Positions 58,350-64,000 of a DNA stretch of 64,000 nucleotides are shown piece after piece; the stretch's first letter is position 1; the number at the start of each line of letters is the position of its first letter. The notes beneath the pieces were generated by a model, which was given only the letters and a program-made list of their open reading frames with translations, was not told the origin of the DNA and ran no database searches. The position numbers and the translations under genes are program-made. Origin of the DNA: Bacteriovoracaceae bacterium (GTDB lineage: Bacteria; Bdellovibrionota; Bacteriovoracia; Bacteriovoracales; Bacteriovoracaceae); assembly GCA_048270185.1 (NCBI GenBank), contig JBLWTJ010000001.1:928001-992000 (forward strand), read 5' to 3'.

Positions 58350-59816
58350 TTAGAATTGTATACTTGCCGAAATTTCATAAAGTGGCATATATTCGACACC
58401 TTGCCTTCTTAGCTCTCGATCAACTTTAATTAGTTCATTTTTAAACTTAACGGCGGCTTCGAGATGCGATTTCTTCGTAAACTTATAATCAGCATCAATT
58501 AGTCTAGTCACTGTTGTTGGAGAAAAAAATAGATTATCGGCCATCGAATACTTCATTTGATCAACGGCATTGACCAACTTCTTACGACTTATCATCTTAT
58601 CACCTTTAGTAGGTGGAGCTTGTCTTAACCTAAGGGGAACTTGCCTCTTATCTAGAATTCCATAATTATAATGATCAGTTGCATGAGCTACTGTTACAGT
58701 AAATAGATAAGTCGTTACAGCACGAAAGAGATTATCTCCTTCAAAAATTGTTTCACTTGAAGGAAAATTATTAACGTGTTGATGACAGTAATCTGCCCAC
58801 TTACTAATCCAGAAATCACCTTTCTTTATATCGCTAAGGACATGTGAGACAAATCCATATACAACACTATAATAACTCTGTAGATAGACTCCGTATGGTC
58901 CTTCACATGATGGAGCGGTCATTGAATATGAGAATGGTGGATAAGAATAATTTCCTTTAATACCTTTATAGCCTTCAACCAAGAGATCACGTAACCCCTC
59001 AGGTCCACCGGGATACGGAGCATATGTCATCCACCACTTTTCCTGCAAGAGTGATGACTTATAATTTAAAACAGCATTTTCCAAGGGAAGAGTAAATCTT
59101 AAATGTGGCGAAAGTAATTTAAATAGAATGTGTTCTCGCGGTAGAGAGGTTTTTGTAATTGCGTTTATTGAATCAAATGGAAAGTGTAATAAAGGATGAA
59201 TTACGAGAGTTGCACATAGGGCACCACCTTGTAAGACAAAGTACTTTGCAAGCTCCCATGCTGATGTTTCTTCTGAAATATCAAATACAGTCTGTGTTTT
59301 CTTTATATAGATTGCTTGAACTTTAAAACGCTCACCTTCTTTGTATAACAGTGTCTTTGTAGCGCTAACATAGATTCCTTTCAGGGGTTCGACAACATCC
59401 ACTGCAGAAAGATCCACAATGAACCATTCTTTTTCTAGTTCTTTGTAATCCACGAAATTTTGCCAATCTTCATCATCGAGCTTATTAGTTAAGAACTTAC
59501 TCATCATCGAAGTATTGAGTAACTCCTCAAACTCAGTATTAGTTACTTCTTTTAATCCGGGATAGATCAAAGCTTTGAGAAAATATGGCAGAGATAGTAA
59601 TAATGTTACTAAGTAACGAGACCCAATCCAAATCCACCAATCAATTGTTTCCCTTAGTGGAATATGAATGACAGCAGGAGACTCTCCCCAGGGGTGAATT
59701 GGAGAAGGTTGAGGCCATGGCCCTTTCCTCGAATACATAAAGTCTTTGGGAGAATAAAGATGCTGAGCTGAAGTTGCACTATTTTCTTTTTCTCTAATCT
59801 CTTCTTTAACTTTCAT
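58350..59816 (-). CDS. Lipoxygenase-like protein (compact, divergent metal-ligand motifs)
   Basis: WELAKYFV, HPLLHF, LPREHILFKLLSPHLRFTL, AHATDH, C-terminal ASIQF align to LOX motifs W.LAK, H..(.)H, HP..KLL.PH, HA.(N/H), SI.I. Confidence 0.72.
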   Translation of the reverse strand: MKVKEEIREKENSATSAQHLYSPKDFMYSRKGPWPQPSPIHPWGESPAVIHIPLRETIDWWIWIGSRYLVTLLLSLPYFLKALIYPGLKEVTNTEFEELLNTSMMSKFLTNKLDDEDWQNFVDYKELEKEWFIVDLSAVDVVEPLKGIYVSATKTLLYKEGERFKVQAIYIKKTQTVFDISEETSAWELAKYFVLQGGALCATLVIHPLLHFPFDSINAITKTSLPREHILFKLLSPHLRFTLPLENAVLNYKSSLLQEKWWMTYAPYPGGPEGLRDLLVEGYKGIKGNYSYPPFSYSMTAPSCEGPYGVYLQSYYSVVYGFVSHVLSDIKKGDFWISKWADYCHQHVNNFPSSETIFEGDNLFRAVTTYLFTVTVAHATDHYNYGILDKRQVPLRLRQAPPTKGDKMISRKKLVNAVDQMKYSMADNLFFSPTTVTRLIDADYKFTKKSHLEAAVKFKNELIKVDRELRRQGVEYMPLYEISASIQF

Positions 59817-59843
59817 CGACTTCCTTTTCGACTATACTTAAAT

Positions 59844-60410
59844 TTAATCTATGATAACGCCAAAGGGTGTTAGTAATTCTAGAACTTCAGGAATACTAAA
59901 GCGACAACCATTAACATTAGTACTTGTAACATCAATTTGATAATTGATGGCACCTTTAAAATTTGATGACTTAAAATTTGCTCTATTTAGGATGGCATTT
60001 AGAAAATTAGAATGAGAGAAGTCACATTCGATAAAGCTACCTTCTGTAAGCACACTACTTCTAAAGCTAGAATTTATAAAGTTTGATTTATTAAGTTTCA
60101 CATTTTCGAATGAAGAGTAATCAAGAATACATTCGTCAAAGTTCAGATCAAAGAGTGTGTTGCACTCAGAAAAATTTACTCCAATACATTTAGAGTTCTT
60201 AAATTTCACATCGCGAAAAGATGCGCTCAATATATTGGTATTACTTAAATTACAGTTTACAAATTCACATTCAATAAATTTAGCGTGACGAAGATCTTTC
60301 TCACTAATATCGATATTCTTAAATTCACAACTAATAAATTCACAACCAGAAAAGGAATCGATGTCTTTAAGATTCTCTATCGTAAAACATTCGTCTTCAA
60401 AATAATTCAT
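59844..60410 (-). CDS. Pentapeptide repeat protein
   Basis: Tandem [C/A/S]-x-F-x-x repeats (CEFIS CEFKN ... SNFIN SSFRS ... ANFKS SNFKG). Confidence 0.9.
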   Translation of the reverse strand: MNYFEDECFTIENLKDIDSFSGCEFISCEFKNIDISEKDLRHAKFIECEFVNCNLSNTNILSASFRDVKFKNSKCIGVNFSECNTLFDLNFDECILDYSSFENVKLNKSNFINSSFRSSVLTEGSFIECDFSHSNFLNAILNRANFKSSNFKGAINYQIDVTSTNVNGCRFSIPEVLELLTPFGVIID

Positions 60411-60449
60411 ATGAATATTGTAAACTGTATTTGTTTTATTCGCTAGTAA

Positions 60450-60866
60450 CTAAATCGAAATTTCTGGTACCTCTGACACAACAGAAATTGGCCTTCTTTC
60501 ATCATCAATTGCCACAAGTGTGAAATTTCCTTTAACAGCGAGAATCTTACCTTCTTCATACATGCCTTCGAGAAAGAGTGATACGTCAATTACTAAGCTG
60601 GTATTACCGACTTTCACGACCTCTCCAATCAGTTCCGCAAAGTGTCCTCCAGGTATTGGCATATTGAAGTCAACTCGATCACTAGAGACTGTTACGAATT
60701 TCTTTCGACCGAAGCGAGTGGCCGTAATAAAGGCTACTTCATCCATCCACTTCAAAGTGTTTCCACCAAATAATGTGTCATAGTGATTTGTGCTGTTAGG
60801 AAAGACGGCCCTAACTACCGTAGTTTTTGCGCTGGCAATAGCAGCACTGTGTACATCAGTACTCAT
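60450..60866 (-). CDS. Acyl-CoA thioesterase (hotdog fold, YciA-like)
   Basis: VFPNSTNHYDTLFGG..LKWMDEVAFITATRF, VTVSSD, VGNTS. Confidence 0.9.
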   Translation of the reverse strand: MSTDVHSAAIASAKTTVVRAVFPNSTNHYDTLFGGNTLKWMDEVAFITATRFGRKKFVTVSSDRVDFNMPIPGGHFAELIGEVVKVGNTSLVIDVSLFLEGMYEEGKILAVKGNFTLVAIDDERRPISVVSEVPEISI

Positions 60867-60867
60867 A

Positions 60868-60979
60868 TATTCCTCCTCGGGATAGTGAATTTTGTAATTA
60901 GGGTCGGACTTATTAGCTAAGTAGCTAAAATACCGTTGCGGGACAGTAATGGAATCTCACCATGGTTTCACTAATTACA
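60868..60979 (-). ncRNA. Cobalamin riboswitch (short class II/variant type) in the thioesterase leader
   Basis: Minus strand: closing stem UGUAAUUAG/CUAAUUACA; AUGG-UGAGAUU-CCAU T-loop hairpin; ACUG-UCCCGCAA-CGGU; short UUAGCUA/UAGCUAA stem; AAGUCCGA B12-box; SD GAGGAGGA follows. Confidence 0.82.
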
Positions 60980-61070
60980 GCTCTATCTTATGCATAAAAA
61001 TTTACTTATGGAACAAAAAACATTCATCTTTTGTATTGAGACTGATATTAAGACTAAAAAGGAAGTATTT

Positions 61071-61715
61071 ATGAATAAAGTAACAAAGAAAATTTTAGTA
61101 TTTGGTCTTCTTGCCTACTCTGCAAATACTCTTGCAGTTGAGACAGTTGCAAAGCCTTTTAGTTTTGAATTTGAGACGACTACTGATGAGTATCAATTTG
61201 ATGTATCAATTGAACAAAATTGTCGTTATGAAATTCCAGTTTGGGGAGACTCAGCGAAGTACGATACAAGATTTCAATCGACTCCTCTAAAATTAACTAA
61301 GAAGAAACTTAGAGATGGTAAAGTTCAATACAAGTACTCACTTGATAAGACAGTAAAGCTTGCTGTAACAGGAATGTTTAAGTCAGGAAAAGAATGCACA
61401 ACAGGTCTAAGAATTATTGCTAATAGTAGTAAGTACGCACTTGGTTGGGCCAATCAATTTCATCGTCCAGTTTCATTTACATTCTTAGATGATATGTATG
61501 ACTATGAAGATTATGATGCGACATTCGAACCATCACAAGATAAGAATTTTCAAAAATTTGCAAATAATGAGATTAGCTTTCAATTTAAGAGTTACCCACA
61601 AGGAAATCAAGTCAATGTTTGGATTATGAGTAACGGCAAGAAGATGCCAAGTGCATTTCCGATCGGTGTCTTAAAGAATCCTAAAACCAATCTTCCATAT
61701 CCATTAAAGAAATAA
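61071..61715 (+). CDS. Secreted hypothetical protein
   Basis: ATG (MNKVTKK) after AAGGAAG; signal peptide ending TLA. Confidence 0.6.
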   Translation: MNKVTKKILVFGLLAYSANTLAVETVAKPFSFEFETTTDEYQFDVSIEQNCRYEIPVWGDSAKYDTRFQSTPLKLTKKKLRDGKVQYKYSLDKTVKLAVTGMFKSGKECTTGLRIIANSSKYALGWANQFHRPVSFTFLDDMYDYEDYDATFEPSQDKNFQKFANNEISFQFKSYPQGNQVNVWIMSNGKKMPSAFPIGVLKNPKTNLPYPLKK

Positions 61716-61746
61716 AAAAGGCCCTGATTAACAGGGCCTTATTTTT
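61715..61746. terminator. Bidirectional terminator
   Basis: aaggccctg-attaa-cagggcctt flanked by A- and T-runs. Confidence 0.8.
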
Positions 61747-61761
61747 GTATATTTTTTGAAC

Positions 61762-62172
61762 TTACTTCATTAGGTCGTAAACTTCTTCTTCCATTTCTGT
61801 TACACAATCAGAAACCGCTTCATAAAAGTCCCAATTTAACTCTCCTGGGCCTTCAATCATCTTACTATATTGAGTAAAGCCTTTGATCACACATGAACTA
61901 GGATAATAAGTTTTAACTTCGTCTGCATCATAACCATTTGGCCAGCTATAATCGATAAGATAAGCAACGAAGACACATGAGTTAGTTGCATCACTACATT
62001 TTAAGGACTCAAATGAGAAATTAAAATCACCTTCACACCAAGTATCACCACAAATATTGTCAATTTGAGTTAATACTTCTGCCTCTTGGTCAAAAGATAG
62101 AGTATTCACATTGTCTGATGCAGCTGCTGCTGAAGTTACAAGCATAAGTGTAAGTAGAATAATTTTCTTCAC
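61762..62172 (-). CDS. Small secreted acidic Cys-rich protein
   Basis: Signal peptide; IDNICGDTWCEGDFNFSF; six Cys. Confidence 0.65.
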   Translation of the reverse strand: MKKIILLTLMLVTSAAAASDNVNTLSFDQEAEVLTQIDNICGDTWCEGDFNFSFESLKCSDATNSCVFVAYLIDYSWPNGYDADEVKTYYPSSCVIKGFTQYSKMIEGPGELNWDFYEAVSDCVTEMEEEVYDLMK

Positions 62173-62272
62173 GAGTCTCTCCCATAAGTTTGATTTAGGC
62201 GCACTATAGGAAAGACAGATGAGTCTGTAAATTTGATTAATAATATTTACACGATATAAAAATTAGATAAGC

Positions 62273-63757
62273 TTAATAATATAATGCACTTTCAAGCATT
62301 TCCATCCCACGAGCAAGTTTTCCCGCTTCAAATGAGTCCCTTTCATTACGGCCAGAAATATCGTAGAGATCTTCAGATGTTATTTTTCTCTTAAGAGCGA
62401 AGTATGCTTTAGTTTTATTCTTTTCAAAAAGCGCTGTCATAAGGGCCTTTACATATTCTTTATTAACTTCAGCTATGAAGTCATTTGTCGGTTGATAGCG
62501 CTTGATATCTTTTAAAAGCTCTTTTGTATCACTAGAGTTTGAAATTACATATCCTCGGTTTTTGAGTTGTCTTAGAAACTCTCCTTGTACTCCTTCTCCA
62601 CGAGGAGAAAGTCCGATGAAAATTGACTCTAAGTTTTCCTTGTCGATTTTTATTCGTTCTAAGTTTCCATAAATAAAAGACTCTGCAGCAATAAGATTTG
62701 AGTCGCGTGAAAGCCTTGCTAGATCCCTAATATACTTCGGATCCATATTATCTTCGTAATTACCACGACAGATATTACACGCACTCTGCTTACCTTTACT
62801 GTCATCCATAAAGCAGCAAGTTTCACAGGCATAGCTCATATCCAGTCCAGTCTGATGGGTGTAACCAAAATTATGGATCATTTCGTGAAAGATAATTCCT
62901 TCAAGCTCATCTTTGGGTGGCCCATCTTTTACAACACCAAAGAAATTAGTCTTCATTTTAGGATTTAGTGAAACAAATGGGTGTTCAACATTAAGCCCAC
63001 TCGCTTTTGTCTGAGCTATACTAGCATGGGCAATTTCACCACTGCCCCAATCGGCTTTCTTCTCATGACAAATAACTGAGATTGGTTTTACCTTGCCCGA
63101 AAGTTGAATATTAAATTGATTAATAAGATTTGATATCTCGCCCTTAATACTATCCTTAGGATTTTGGCGGGCCAGATCAGTTAAACAACTTAATCCCTTA
63201 TCCATTGCATTCTTAAACATCTTAACAAAAGTCTTTTCACCAAAATTTTTAAAGCATGATTTATGGACCTGTAGGCCCTGGGCCATTGGAGAAAAATCAT
63301 TATTGAACTTAGCAACAACAGGTCGCAGTTTTTCAACAAAATCATCGATATTATTTAAGTTATCGAGGTATTGGCCATAATTACAAGAGTTCTCAGGGCC
63401 AAGTCCGTATTGAATATTGCTATATCTTTGTTCAAAGGCCAATTTTCTTTTGCCGTTACTCAGACGAAAAATTCTTAGAGTTGAACTTCCCCCTTCATTT
63501 GAAATCTCTTCAAGTCGATCAAATTTATGGTCAAAATCTTCATCGACCTTGATTGTCGTAGCCTTTCCAATTACTTTTAAATGATAATCGAAGTGCCCAT
63601 CATAATTTCGGTCATTTCGGTGTTCAATTAGATGCCCATCTTGATAAGTGAATATATTATCAACTTTACCATCTTTGTTATCATCAAACTCAAAGACTTC
63701 ATTTGAGGCCAGGGCCATTGAACTAAGTAAATATAAAGATAACAGTATCTTAAGCAT
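62273..63757 (-). CDS. Secreted putative zinc metallopeptidase with N-terminal DxNxDG repeats
   Basis: Signal peptide; DDNKDGKVD, DRNYDGHFD, DEDFDHKFD; FHEMIHNFGYTH (HExxHxxGxxH). Confidence 0.65.
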   Translation of the reverse strand: MLKILLSLYLLSSMALASNEVFEFDDNKDGKVDNIFTYQDGHLIEHRNDRNYDGHFDYHLKVIGKATTIKVDEDFDHKFDRLEEISNEGGSSTLRIFRLSNGKRKLAFEQRYSNIQYGLGPENSCNYGQYLDNLNNIDDFVEKLRPVVAKFNNDFSPMAQGLQVHKSCFKNFGEKTFVKMFKNAMDKGLSCLTDLARQNPKDSIKGEISNLINQFNIQLSGKVKPISVICHEKKADWGSGEIAHASIAQTKASGLNVEHPFVSLNPKMKTNFFGVVKDGPPKDELEGIIFHEMIHNFGYTHQTGLDMSYACETCCFMDDSKGKQSACNICRGNYEDNMDPKYIRDLARLSRDSNLIAAESFIYGNLERIKIDKENLESIFIGLSPRGEGVQGEFLRQLKNRGYVISNSSDTKELLKDIKRYQPTNDFIAEVNKEYVKALMTALFEKNKTKAYFALKRKITSEDLYDISGRNERDSFEAGKLARGMEMLESALYY

Positions 63758-64000
63758 ACTAACTTATCGGAAAAACTCACTATTTATAAAGGGATTCTTT
63801 GGTAAATCAATATGAATTACCTACGATAACTATTGAAAATTACGGTATGTAGAGTTCATGAATGAAAGTGGCGTTGGTACATTTAGAGAGAATCGAATAA
63901 AGCTTACCCAGTTTTCCCGAGTAAGCTCAATATTTATCACCAAGTGTTGTAACAACGCTGACGAGAAAGTCTCTTTTGCGTTTGATTGTAGTAAATTGTA

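Noticed and set aside
926..61290. Many 60-130 aa ORFs nested in or antisense to long genes (e.g. 6469-6861, 18818-19141, 40255-40635, 47833-48156)
   Set aside because: Shadow ORFs of well-supported CDSs, with no motifs or RBS.
63800..64000. Partial ORF at the right edge
   Set aside because: Open frames exist on both strands (MNESGVG... on plus; ...HELYIP* on minus), but neither is recognisable, so it cannot be called.
1..64000. Prophage, IS element, defence system, tRNA or rRNA
   Set aside because: No integrase, transposase, phage structural, Cas, restriction-modification or structural RNA signatures were recognised.

Overview
This is an AT-rich bacterial chromosomal window, gene-dense, with about 60 CDS. 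I saw no rRNA, tRNA, CRISPR array or transposase. Gene content and the many secreted orphan proteins suggest a predatory Bacteriovoracaceae/Halobacteriovorax-like Bdellovibrionota genome (inference). Housekeeping blocks: cti, mtnN-cpdB, a cN-II 5'-nucleotidase, rpmB, pstSCAB-phoU-phoBR, kdsB-pyrG-kdsA-kdsC-(DUF493)-gpsA, purB, cdd, SulP and a DEAD-box helicase. The most notable observations are: (1) a compact lipoxygenase-like protein with a Mn-LOX-type HxxxH pentamer, a His fifth ligand and a C-terminal Phe, downstream of a cobalamin-riboswitch-led acyl-CoA thioesterase; (2) a perfect 34-bp inverted repeat that buries the ribosome-binding site of a LYS1-type saccharopine dehydrogenase; (3) a 1012-aa exported protein with apparently tandem COOH-NH2 ligase (amidoligase) domains behind a sigma28-like promoter; (4) a type III PKS-MMPL-flavin oxidoreductase-YceI cluster facing a membrane-anchored LuxR gene across paired palindromic operators; (5) a non-canonical spore photoproduct lyase-like radical SAM enzyme coupled to a nucleosidase-fold protein. 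There are also candidate CsrA sites, sigma28 promoters and leaderless genes. All calls come from motif recognition by eye; no searches were run.
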